Part shown: positions 56,563 to 64,000 of the stretch, in pieces
Layout: every line of letters begins with the position of its first letter
Position numbering within the stretch: position 1 is the stretch's first letter
Assembly: GCA_003345545.1 (NCBI GenBank)
Contig: PRDH01000003.1
Location: 17,413 to 81,412 of the forward strand
From: Candidatus Thorarchaeota archaeon
GTDB lineage: Archaea > Asgardarchaeota > Thorarchaeia > Thorarchaeales > Thorarchaeaceae
Direction: 5' to 3'
DNA: 64,000 nucleotides
Notes under the pieces: model-generated
Databases searched by the model: none
The model's input: only the letters and a program-made list of their open reading frames with translations
Told to the model about the DNA's origin: nothing
Position numbers and translations under genes: made by a program

Positions 56563-56588
56563 TTAGTTAGCACCTTCGTGTGTATTTA

Positions 56589-56650
56589 ATATTGGGAGTC
56601 CAATATTGGACGTCCTATATGTATATTTAAATGTATCGGATGTCCAATAT
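56589..56650. promoter_or_regulatory. Three 18-bp palindromic operator boxes (consensus ATATTGGACGTCCAATAT) flanking a TATA box
   Basis: 56589-56606 ATATTGGGAGTCCAATAT; 56603-56620 ATATTGGACGTCCTATAT; 56633-56650 GTATCGGATGTCCAATAT; TATTTAAAT at 56624-56632. Confidence 0.75.
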
Positions 56651-56656
56651 GTAACT

Positions 56657-57028
56657 ATGGAAGGCCCCTCAGATTCTGAACTATGCTGTGCACCGGACTG
56701 CTGTGATATGAGAGGACTACTTACATTCCAGATCCTCTGGGAGCTTGACAGAGAAGAGATGAATGGACAGCAGATCGCAGAAAAGATTGCTAAGAGAAGA
56801 GGGAACAAGCCAACTCCAGGCACGATTTATCCTGCCTTGAAAGAGCTCAAGAAAGGGAAGTTCATCAAAGGTCGAAAAGACGGACAGACAATCATCTATT
56901 CTTTGACAGTAAAAGGGAAGAAAGGGCTAGCTGACGCTTCGAGATACTTCCTTCAGGCATTCGGAGATATCGCAGAGGATGTGAAAGTCAAGGTCGTTGT
57001 CATTAGAAAAGATGATTGCAGTTGTTGA
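56657..57028 (+). CDS. PadR-family transcriptional regulator with Cys-rich termini
   Basis: PTPGTIYPALKEL..YSLTVKG wHTH; N-terminal LCCAPDCCDMRG and C-terminal DDCSC. ATG lies ~25 nt after the TATA box, suggesting a leaderless transcript. Confidence 0.85.
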   Translation: MEGPSDSELCCAPDCCDMRGLLTFQILWELDREEMNGQQIAEKIAKRRGNKPTPGTIYPALKELKKGKFIKGRKDGQTIIYSLTVKGKKGLADASRYFLQAFGDIAEDVKVKVVVIRKDDCSC

Positions 57029-57088
57029 GTATTAACCTCCAAAGCGTACAACAGGCTCGAATGTTGTCATAAACAGAATCGTCGAACC

Positions 57089-57096
57089 TTTATATA
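57089..57096 (+). promoter_or_regulatory. TATA box of tbp
   Basis: TTTATATA about 35 nt upstream of the ATG. Confidence 0.55.
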
Positions 57097-57130
57097 CTGT
57101 AAAGGTCGGAGAGAGCAGAAGAGAGAGCAG

Positions 57131-57697
57131 ATGCCACGTCCAGAGCCAAAAACAAAAATCGAGAATGTCGTAGCATCAGTCATTCTCAATCAGCGACTAG
57201 ACCTCGACGAGATCGCAGCTACGATGCCTAGTGTCGAGTTCGATTCCGAGCAGTTCCCAGGTCTTGTCTACCGACTGAAGTCACCTAAGACTGCCACGCT
57301 GATTTTTTACTCCGGCAAGATGGTGTGTACAGGTGCAAAGAGCGAGAAGGAGTCCAGGCGGGCAGTTCATAAGATTGTCAAGACCATCAAAGAGGCAGGT
57401 ATAGAGATAACCGGCCGACCTGCCATACCTGTCCAAAACATCGTCGCAAGTGCTAGCCTTGGAGCAGAGCTGAACCTTGAGCTTGCTGCCATGAAGCTAG
57501 AGAATACACTCTATGAGCCGGAACAATTCCCGGGCTTGATCTATAGAATGAGAAACCCGAAAGTTGTCATACTTCTCTTTGGCTCAGGAAAGCTTGTGAT
57601 CACCGGTGCAAAGTTTGAACCGCAAATCGACGAGGCTGCGTTGAGGGTAATGAATCGCCTTCTGGAACTTGGGGTCATGAGGGTCCCGGAGGGCTAG
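57131..57697 (+). CDS. tbp: TATA-box-binding protein
   Basis: Two repeats: IENVVAS..EQFPGLVYR..SGKMVCTGAK and VQNIVAS..YEPEQFPGLIYR..SGKLVITGAK. Confidence 0.97.
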   Translation: MPRPEPKTKIENVVASVILNQRLDLDEIAATMPSVEFDSEQFPGLVYRLKSPKTATLIFYSGKMVCTGAKSEKESRRAVHKIVKTIKEAGIEITGRPAIPVQNIVASASLGAELNLELAAMKLENTLYEPEQFPGLIYRMRNPKVVILLFGSGKLVITGAKFEPQIDEAALRVMNRLLELGVMRVPEG

Positions 57698-57698
57698 G

Positions 57699-57812
57699 AT
57701 TGGGGTCAAGGTGAATCTGAAGGCGAGGACGCAGACTGGTGATTGCACAGAAACGTCGTATGGTCCTCGTGACCCGAAAGCCACTCCGAAGGCCTTATAC
57801 TCGGGGCTCAAT
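57699..57812. ncRNA. Candidate structured RNA between convergent tbp and M50 genes
   Basis: GC-rich spacer with stems GGGTCA/TGACCC, CGAGGAC/GTCCTCG and CTCCGA/TCGGGG. No family recognised. Confidence 0.35.
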
Positions 57813-57834
57813 GATATCGCTTCGATGTATTCAT

Positions 57835-59055
57835 CTAGAAAAGACTGAACATCTGCCATAAAGGCGGGATACAGAGCACTAGGATTACCATGGCCGATAT
57901 GAACAGCGCTATACGACCTCTTGAAACCTTAATGGTATCATTCAGGGGGCCAGGATGTCCACCGCCACCTGATATTGCGAAGATTAGGATTGCCATCATA
58001 TAATATCCTGTCAGGAGTAGGAGAATGATCCCAGCCCATCCGATTCTCCTGTGCCAGGTTGTGTCCACAATCGCTCGGAGAGCATGACCCCCATCTAGCT
58101 GCGCGATTGGAAAGAGGTTCAGCGCGGTCACAAGCATTCCGACCCAAGATGCAAACGCGACAGGGTGCAGGTAGATTGTACCACCCACAGGGATGAGGTC
58201 GGAAAAGAAGTATTCCATCAGCACGAATAGATAGGGGACAGCAAGCGAGCCGGATTGGTCTGGGAAAGCCTGATCGATGGCTGTGAGTTGTTCGGCAGTG
58301 ACAGGCACGGACATGAAGAATCCAATTACCAGAACAACCAGAGTCACAGCAAATCCGGCAAGCGGTCCAGAAAGGCCAAGGTCTAGGAGGTCAGACCGTT
58401 TTTCTGTCGGACTCTTCTGTGAGATGAACGCACCAAAAGTTCCACCAATCTGCGGTAGACCCGGTATGAAATAAGGGAGAGATGACTCGATCCCCAGTTT
58501 TTGTGCGGTTTTGTAGTGCCCCATTTCATGCGTGAATATGATTCCCATGAGAGCAGCCATGAAAAGAATTGTCGTAAATGCGATGTCCCAGACGGTATAA
58601 CCAGAGGGATAGAAGAGAGACAAGAATACTGGACTCGTCGCTTGAAGGAATCCTCCAATCGCGATGGTTGAGAGGGTGACGAGAAACAGGGCATAATTGA
58701 TTCTGTTATTCCCTTTTGCAGCTTTCTGCTGGGGGATAAACCGAATGATGTATTCGCCCTCTTGCTCGTTCCGCCAGCGGATTACCGGCCAGACCTTGAG
58801 CGGTTGAGTCAGTTTCGTTATCTCTTTGAATGTGGCATCTTGCTCATTGTTGCTCGGAATCTGACCACCAGCCCACTGAACAACAAAAGTTGGCATGCCG
58901 TGTTCCAGCACGCTCATCTTGATCACGAATATCTGTGACAAGATCTCATTTAGATCAGAGAACATCGGATAGGTAATGACGCTGTCAGCAGGTTCTTCGT
59001 CAATGGACAATCGAATCGGGTCTCCAGGTCTTTCAGGACGCTTGGAAGCCTTCAT
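57835..59055 (-). CDS. Site-2 protease (peptidase M50)
   Basis: HEMGH, GTFGAFI, SGPLAG, NLFPIAQLDGGH. Confidence 0.92.
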   Translation of the reverse strand: MKASKRPERPGDPIRLSIDEEPADSVITYPMFSDLNEILSQIFVIKMSVLEHGMPTFVVQWAGGQIPSNNEQDATFKEITKLTQPLKVWPVIRWRNEQEGEYIIRFIPQQKAAKGNNRINYALFLVTLSTIAIGGFLQATSPVFLSLFYPSGYTVWDIAFTTILFMAALMGIIFTHEMGHYKTAQKLGIESSLPYFIPGLPQIGGTFGAFISQKSPTEKRSDLLDLGLSGPLAGFAVTLVVLVIGFFMSVPVTAEQLTAIDQAFPDQSGSLAVPYLFVLMEYFFSDLIPVGGTIYLHPVAFASWVGMLVTALNLFPIAQLDGGHALRAIVDTTWHRRIGWAGIILLLLTGYYMMAILIFAISGGGGHPGPLNDTIKVSRGRIALFISAMVILVLCIPPLWQMFSLF

Positions 59056-59108
59056 TCGTAGCATTATAAGAATATCCGCTCAGGCAGTTCCGGTCAAGGC
59101 CTGCAAGA

Positions 59109-61025
59109 TCATAGCCCGAGTTTGCTTGTGAATTCGAAGGTGCTATGAATGACTTCGAGCAGCTTCATGGACTTGACCATGGAGCCCACGCTTTCGACTC
59201 GTATTCCTTTCCTCTTGAGCTGCATGAAGAGACGGTCCTTGGGTTGTGGTCTTGTTGCTACGACCACAGTCTTTGCCTTGACATGGCGGTATTTGCCATC
59301 TTGAAACACAGTGATGTATTTGGGATCGATTTCGACGACACGTGCGTTGGCATTTAGTTCCACACCTCTGGCCCTGAGCTGCTGAAGGATGACCCAACGT
59401 GAGGTTCTTCCGAGGTCGACACCAATCATCTCGTCTGCATCAAACACGTACACCTTTTCAGCCTTTGACACAAGAGCCAGGGCCGTATAGCAGCCTAGAG
59501 CCTGCCCTCCAATGACGGCAACAACCCCTAGGTTGTCAAGACCAAGTGATAGGACATCATATGCTGTTGTCACGTGAGCACTTTCGACACCGTCTATGGC
59601 AGGGGCACCTGCTACGGTACCTGTCGCACAGATCACGCAGTCAAAATTGCCTTCACATAGGAGCTCTGAAGTCGCAGCAGTATTGAGGTTGATCTCGACG
59701 CCTAGAGCTCCGAGCTCACGTTCCATATATCTGACATATGCCGCAAACTCACCACGACCAGGGATTCTAGCAGCAAGATTCAGAAGGCCACCAAGCTTAT
59801 TGTGCTGTTCAAAGAGAACAACTCTGAATCCACGAAGTGCTAATACCCGGGAAGCCTCCATGCCTGCTGGGCCTCCACCTACTACTGCGATATGACCTGA
59901 CCCCTTGGGACCTAAAGACTTCTCACTCTCAAAACCAGCAAGAGGATTGATTGCACATGTGACAGGCTCGATCATGAAGGCTCGGTCCAAGCACCCTTGG
60001 TTGCATCCAATGCACGGTCGTGTGAGTCTCTGCTGTCCAGTTCGTGCCTTCGTCGGGAGCTCTGGATCAGCAATGAATCCTCGTGACATTCCTATAAGCT
60101 GAATCTTTCCTCTAGACAAGATATGTTCAGCAATGGTCACGCTATTGATCCGATTGCATGCGACCACCGGAACCGAAACAACGTCAGCTATGCCTTCGGC
60201 GAGATAGGCAAAGTAACCTCGGGGCACATTCATGGTGATTTGAGGGACCCTAGTCTCATGCCATCCACCTGTTACATTCAAGCAGTCGACTCCGGCTCTA
60301 CAGAGCAAAGGCGCAATAATCTTGTTATCGTCGAGAGTGAGACCATCTGGTACGAAGTCTTGTCCACTCATCCGGTAGAGTATCGGAAAGCCACGGCCAA
60401 CCGACTTGCGAACACTCCCAACAACCTCAAGTGCAAACTTTGCACGGGCTTCCAGATCTCCACCATATTCATCCTCACGCAGGTTTGTAGCTTTGGCCAG
60501 AAACTGATTGATGATGTAACCAGCTGAGCCGATTATCTCGACAGCATCGAAGCCGGCTTGCTTCGCGCGACGAGCGGCCTTCCCGAAGTTTGAAGCAGTT
60601 TCGTGAATTTCATCAATTGACAATGGCCGAGCAGTTTCTCGCGTCAGTCTGTTTTTGGTTGCTGATGCCGACACGGCCTGCTCACCCAGAATGAGTGAGT
60701 GCACATAGCGGCCGGCGTGGTAGAGCTGAGCAGCCACAGGAACGTCGTATGAGTGGATAGCCTCCGAGAGTTTCTGTAGACCCACAATGTGGTCATCTCG
60801 CGAGATGCCAATCATCGTTGGACTGCTCATCCCTAAATGCTCCGTGTAGCAGCCTCCAACGATGATCAGTCCAGGTCCATGCCTTGCGCGGGCACTGTAG
60901 AAGTCGACGAGCCTGTCTGTCACAACTCCATCCTCATCGCAATAGCCAAGATGTGTGGCGAGCAGAATCAGTCTGTTCTTGAGTTCCATTCCCCTTATGG
61001 AAACAGGCTCCCACAACTTCATCAT
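59109..61025 (-). CDS. NADH:flavin oxidoreductase, 2,4-dienoyl-CoA reductase (FadH)-like
   Basis: OYE barrel QLYHAGR..GFDAVEIIGSAGY..GWHE, CIGCNQGC..C.INP, VGGGPAG. Confidence 0.9.
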   Translation of the reverse strand: MMKLWEPVSIRGMELKNRLILLATHLGYCDEDGVVTDRLVDFYSARARHGPGLIIVGGCYTEHLGMSSPTMIGISRDDHIVGLQKLSEAIHSYDVPVAAQLYHAGRYVHSLILGEQAVSASATKNRLTRETARPLSIDEIHETASNFGKAARRAKQAGFDAVEIIGSAGYIINQFLAKATNLREDEYGGDLEARAKFALEVVGSVRKSVGRGFPILYRMSGQDFVPDGLTLDDNKIIAPLLCRAGVDCLNVTGGWHETRVPQITMNVPRGYFAYLAEGIADVVSVPVVACNRINSVTIAEHILSRGKIQLIGMSRGFIADPELPTKARTGQQRLTRPCIGCNQGCLDRAFMIEPVTCAINPLAGFESEKSLGPKGSGHIAVVGGGPAGMEASRVLALRGFRVVLFEQHNKLGGLLNLAARIPGRGEFAAYVRYMERELGALGVEINLNTAATSELLCEGNFDCVICATGTVAGAPAIDGVESAHVTTAYDVLSLGLDNLGVVAVIGGQALGCYTALALVSKAEKVYVFDADEMIGVDLGRTSRWVILQQLRARGVELNANARVVEIDPKYITVFQDGKYRHVKAKTVVVATRPQPKDRLFMQLKRKGIRVESVGSMVKSMKLLEVIHSTFEFTSKLGL

Positions 61026-61200
61026 GTATTCACCTCATTCACGGAATAAGACCTGCGCCCAAGAAATCCTCTCTGCGCAGCCAGGAAATCTCCTGTTCTT
61101 TGGTTCCGGATCAATTTCATTTGCAGGCCCGTCGGAAGTCACATCGAAAGCCAATAGCATCATTAAGATATACTTGTCCACTACTTGGCCGAATAGATCA

Positions 61201-61848
61201 CTATGCTGTCAGAGTTCGCAGAATCCCCTCTAGTGCTCCATCTGGGCCTTTGAAGACTCGCACGCGAAACTCAATCCGCATTCTCTTGGCGATTCCCCGG
61301 CAGGCATCAATGTCAACGCCAGGAATGTCAACAACAGAGAATTCGACTCTCATCAGAGGTTTGCACCTTTCAGCGAACTCCAGAATAGAATCGTAAGCAG
61401 ATCTCCCAAACTTTGGTTGACACAATCTCAGATAGGTGTCAGAATCAGGCGCGTTGAGAGAGATCTGGATCCTGTCCAAGCCCGCATCTGCCAATTCATG
61501 AGGAACATCACGAGAAGGGTAGAGAAGAAGCGCCTGTCCGTCCGTGTTCATTCTGATGGGTGTATGACTCAATTCTCTCATCTTCCGGATTGCAGCAATA
61601 GTCCCATCCAGATTGAGAAGTGGCTCTCCAAAACCAACTATGGCAATGTCAGTGAATTTTGATTTCCAGGTCTCCTCGATTTCCCTCACAAGTTCTTCAA
61701 CGGTTGGATCTTTGTCGAGAACCAGATTGAAACCAAAGACTCCCTCTCCAAAATGGCGAACACAGAACAAGCAATCATTGATGCATCGAGAGGTGGGATT
61801 TATGTAAAAGCTGTTTCCTCGCCAATATGTCAGGTTACCTCTAGCCAT
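61201..61848 (-). CDS. TatD-associated-type radical SAM protein
   Basis: YINPTSRCINDCLFCVR, GFGEPL, RMNTDG, ISLNAPD..Y..LC.P. The real start is probably MARGNLTY. Confidence 0.8.
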   Translation of the reverse strand: MARGNLTYWRGNSFYINPTSRCINDCLFCVRHFGEGVFGFNLVLDKDPTVEELVREIEETWKSKFTDIAIVGFGEPLLNLDGTIAAIRKMRELSHTPIRMNTDGQALLLYPSRDVPHELADAGLDRIQISLNAPDSDTYLRLCQPKFGRSAYDSILEFAERCKPLMRVEFSVVDIPGVDIDACRGIAKRMRIEFRVRVFKGPDGALEGILRTLTA

Positions 61849-61940
61849 TGAGATAGCACGTCCCTCTCGGAGTGAATACTTGAGATTCACTGATAGCATC
61901 ATTGTCATCCAGCCATTTAATTGTCTCGAAGTCATGAGGT

Positions 61941-63659
61941 TCATTTCTGCTCTGAGGAGTGTCCCCTCAAAAACAGCGCAAGTCCAATCAGGAGTGGAAT
62001 GACAGCCATTATCACGACAATCACAAGGACTGTGATTGTGAGCGGCAAAGCCTGAATCATGGTAAGAATTGCTGTCGCCCACGTCATTAGAAGTGCAACC
62101 ACCAGGCCATAACGTATCACTTCGCCCTCGATACCAATTTTATCAATGACCGCTGCGGCATTCTGTATTTTGGCAGGACTCAGGACGCTAGCGAGCCCTC
62201 CTCCAATTCCATTTGATGCAGAAACCACCATAGCATTCGCACCAATTATTGTACTTGTATCAACGTGATACTTTGTGAACATTGCAATTGCAGAAGTTTC
62301 GGAACCAGAGATGAATCCAGCTAGAAGTCCTAGAAATGGAGCCAATGCGGGATACAATATACCAAGCCCTGCAGTCGCCGACGCAAGAAGGAATATCATA
62401 TTATTGTATGAATCTGAAGGTGGATTCATAATACCAAGGGCGTCTAAAAAGAAGCCACTGTAGTTCATTACCTCAGCCATTGAAAAGAAGATTGCAGCAG
62501 CTAGGACGGGTCGTGGAGCTCTCTTAAGGAATTTCCTCATTGTTCTCCTGAGGACTTGCCGGTCTCTTGAGAGAAACGGAACAGATAGAAGAGTGGCAAT
62601 CAACATCAAAGTGTAGGCCTGCCAGAGGAATTTTGTACTGACAAAATACGAGACAATTTCACTCCCACGTAGAACTTGTCCAAATGTGACTACCAAATCG
62701 AGGTCTCGAGAGAGGAACTGCTTGATAGGCTCTATAAGAGTCGTGACTAATGAGAGAACAACAAGGATAATCCATGGAATGCTCGCACGGATGAGAGAGA
62801 TTGATTTCTCGGCCTTCTCATCTTCAACGGACAATTGCCCTCTATCAATTAGCTTTCGTCCCCGGATCCTTGTGTAGAGAAGTATTACTAGAAGAACAAG
62901 AGCTCCTGCCACAACATTCGTCAGCCTTGTTAGGCCGATGAAGTCAAGGTTGCAGATTATCGCAGAGAAACCAGCAGTTACACCGCAAATCACAGCCAAA
63001 AAGAGCCCCTCTCGGTCTAAGAGCAATTTCTTGCCACCTGCTATCCATAGCATAGATACTGCAATTCCTACGGTTATCAGAGGCATGTAGACAGCAAATA
63101 CTGACCCAGCTTCTGATGCAGAAAGCACAACGCCTGTAGCATCACGATAATAGACTTGGAACACGTCTACTGGGACTCCGAGAAGTGAAAAGGTTGTCAG
63201 AGGATCATATCCAATTGATGGAAGTGCAACTGCTACAAGTGGAGAAAATCCTAGTGCAAGCATCACAGGGGGCAACATGGAAACTGGGGTAGCCCCAATC
63301 CCAACAAGGAAAAGCCCTAGACCAAGGCTGATTAACAGAATCTGAATTGGTCTACTTCCCCCGCCGAGGGTCTTGAAGAAGACGATCAACCTTTGTAGTG
63401 CTCCGGTTTCTTGCATGAATGTCATCATTAGAATCGATGTTGCGACCATAAGGGAAATTGGAAATGACTTGACGATGCCTGCGATACTAGCTGTGATGGC
63501 TATGGGTATATCAGTCTGGAAAGCAGCAATGGCAATAACCATTGTAAGAAACCATACAACGACCCCAGTGACATCAGCAGCCTTGTGCAGGAAAACCAAT
63601 AGAGTGAATGCAAGGATTATTGGGAGAATGATTAGTACTAAGCCTACTGTGGGATCCAT
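61941..63659 (-). CDS. L-lactate permease (LctP/LldP family)
   Basis: GATPV..LGFSP, GFISGSETS, GGGLASVLSPAKIQNA; about 14 TM. Confidence 0.85.
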   Translation of the reverse strand: MDPTVGLVLIILPIILAFTLLVFLHKAADVTGVVVWFLTMVIAIAAFQTDIPIAITASIAGIVKSFPISLMVATSILMMTFMQETGALQRLIVFFKTLGGGSRPIQILLISLGLGLFLVGIGATPVSMLPPVMLALGFSPLVAVALPSIGYDPLTTFSLLGVPVDVFQVYYRDATGVVLSASEAGSVFAVYMPLITVGIAVSMLWIAGGKKLLLDREGLFLAVICGVTAGFSAIICNLDFIGLTRLTNVVAGALVLLVILLYTRIRGRKLIDRGQLSVEDEKAEKSISLIRASIPWIILVVLSLVTTLIEPIKQFLSRDLDLVVTFGQVLRGSEIVSYFVSTKFLWQAYTLMLIATLLSVPFLSRDRQVLRRTMRKFLKRAPRPVLAAAIFFSMAEVMNYSGFFLDALGIMNPPSDSYNNMIFLLASATAGLGILYPALAPFLGLLAGFISGSETSAIAMFTKYHVDTSTIIGANAMVVSASNGIGGGLASVLSPAKIQNAAAVIDKIGIEGEVIRYGLVVALLMTWATAILTMIQALPLTITVLVIVVIMAVIPLLIGLALFLRGHSSEQK

Positions 63660-63662
63660 GAT

Positions 63663-63998
63663 TCATGACCCCTTTTCGAGATAGCCGTTCTCGAAATACC
63701 AGTCGATTGCTCTCCGGAAGCCATCCGCCATCGTGACTCTCGGCGCCCAATCCAGAAGCCGCTTTGCCTTCTCATTCGTGTATACCCTCTCAGAACCCAT
63801 CATATCCACAGATTTTGGATGCCAAAAGAATGTCATCTTCTTGCGATTCTTTATGGGGCTTAGCAGAGCTATTCCGAACTTTGCAACTGCTCCCGGAACG
63901 CGGAGTCGCGGCGGTTTCACTCCAAGGTGTCTGGTCGACACCTCGACAAACTCCTGCCAACTCATTGATTCGTCAGGGCAAAGAATGATTGTCTGGTT
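63663..63998 (-). CDS. NAD-dependent epimerase/dehydratase (extended SDR), C-terminal fragment truncated by window edge
   Basis: Frame is open to the window edge; EKAKRLLDWAP...DGFRRAIDWY. Confidence 0.75.
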   Translation of the reverse strand, partial: NQTIILCPDESMSWQEFVEVSTRHLGVKPPRLRVPGAVAKFGIALLSPIKNRKKMTFFWHPKSVDMMGSERVYTNEKAKRLLDWAPRVTMADGFRRAIDWYFENGYLEKGS

Positions 63999-64000
63999 GA

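Noticed and set aside
57715-57780. Hammerhead ribozyme, FMN riboswitch, RNase P or C/D sRNA (CTGAAGG, CTGGTGA, GAAAC, ACAGAAA motifs)
   Set aside because: Core motifs deviate from consensus, the required stems are not in the right register, and the region is too short for RNase P.
57584-57859. 91-aa minus-strand ORF
   Set aside because: It overlaps tbp antisense and the M50 gene end and has no protein-like motif.
61035-61163. 42-aa ORF upstream of the FadH-like gene
   Set aside because: No recognisable features; it cannot be distinguished from chance.
61849-62082. N-terminal Cys/His-rich extension of the radical SAM ORF in the track
   Set aside because: It overlaps the lactate permease 3' end in another frame; family similarity starts at MARGNLTY (61848).
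1-64000. CRISPR arrays, tRNA/rRNA, IS/integrase, prophage or defence genes
   Set aside because: I saw no regularly spaced repeats, cloverleafs, transposase/integrase motifs or phage genes by eye. The other short ORFs in the track are shadows of longer genes.

Overview
Gene-dense archaeal chromosomal segment with about 50 CDS and no rRNA, tRNA, CRISPR array or mobile element that I could recognise. Archaeal TBP, a tungsten-type AOR, FrhB, GGTGA/GAGG SD motifs, three longin-domain proteins and a Rab/Ras-like GTPase point to an Asgard archaeon, most likely Thorarchaeota (inference). Routine genes include ribA, asnS, tbp, an apt-like gene, acyl-CoA ligase, GGR, GDPD, lactate permease, a FadH-like flavoprotein, M50 protease, surface proteins and a 2-ATPase/4-permease MacB/FtsX ABC cluster. 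Best candidates for undescribed systems: (1) at 14.5-20.4 kb, two paralogous longin(+roadblock)-tandem-wHTH proteins resembling GATOR1 NPRL2/NPRL3 lie in an operon with a MinD/ParA ATPase, flanked by an MFS-HhH fusion, a uDENN/longin-Zn-ribbon protein and a 38-aa membrane microprotein; (2) at 54.8-57.0 kb, an ArsR-less arsenic-methylation module comprises a Cys-rich PadR, three 18-bp palindromic operators around a shared TATA box, an unannotated 47-aa Cys/His peptide coupled to arsM, and a double retropepsin. Also notable: an H1-like basic protein, a probable pseudo-GTPase, a catalytically degenerate debranching enzyme, a candidate structured RNA after tbp, and three genes with stop/start lesions. 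All family calls come from motif recognition by eye; no database search was run.
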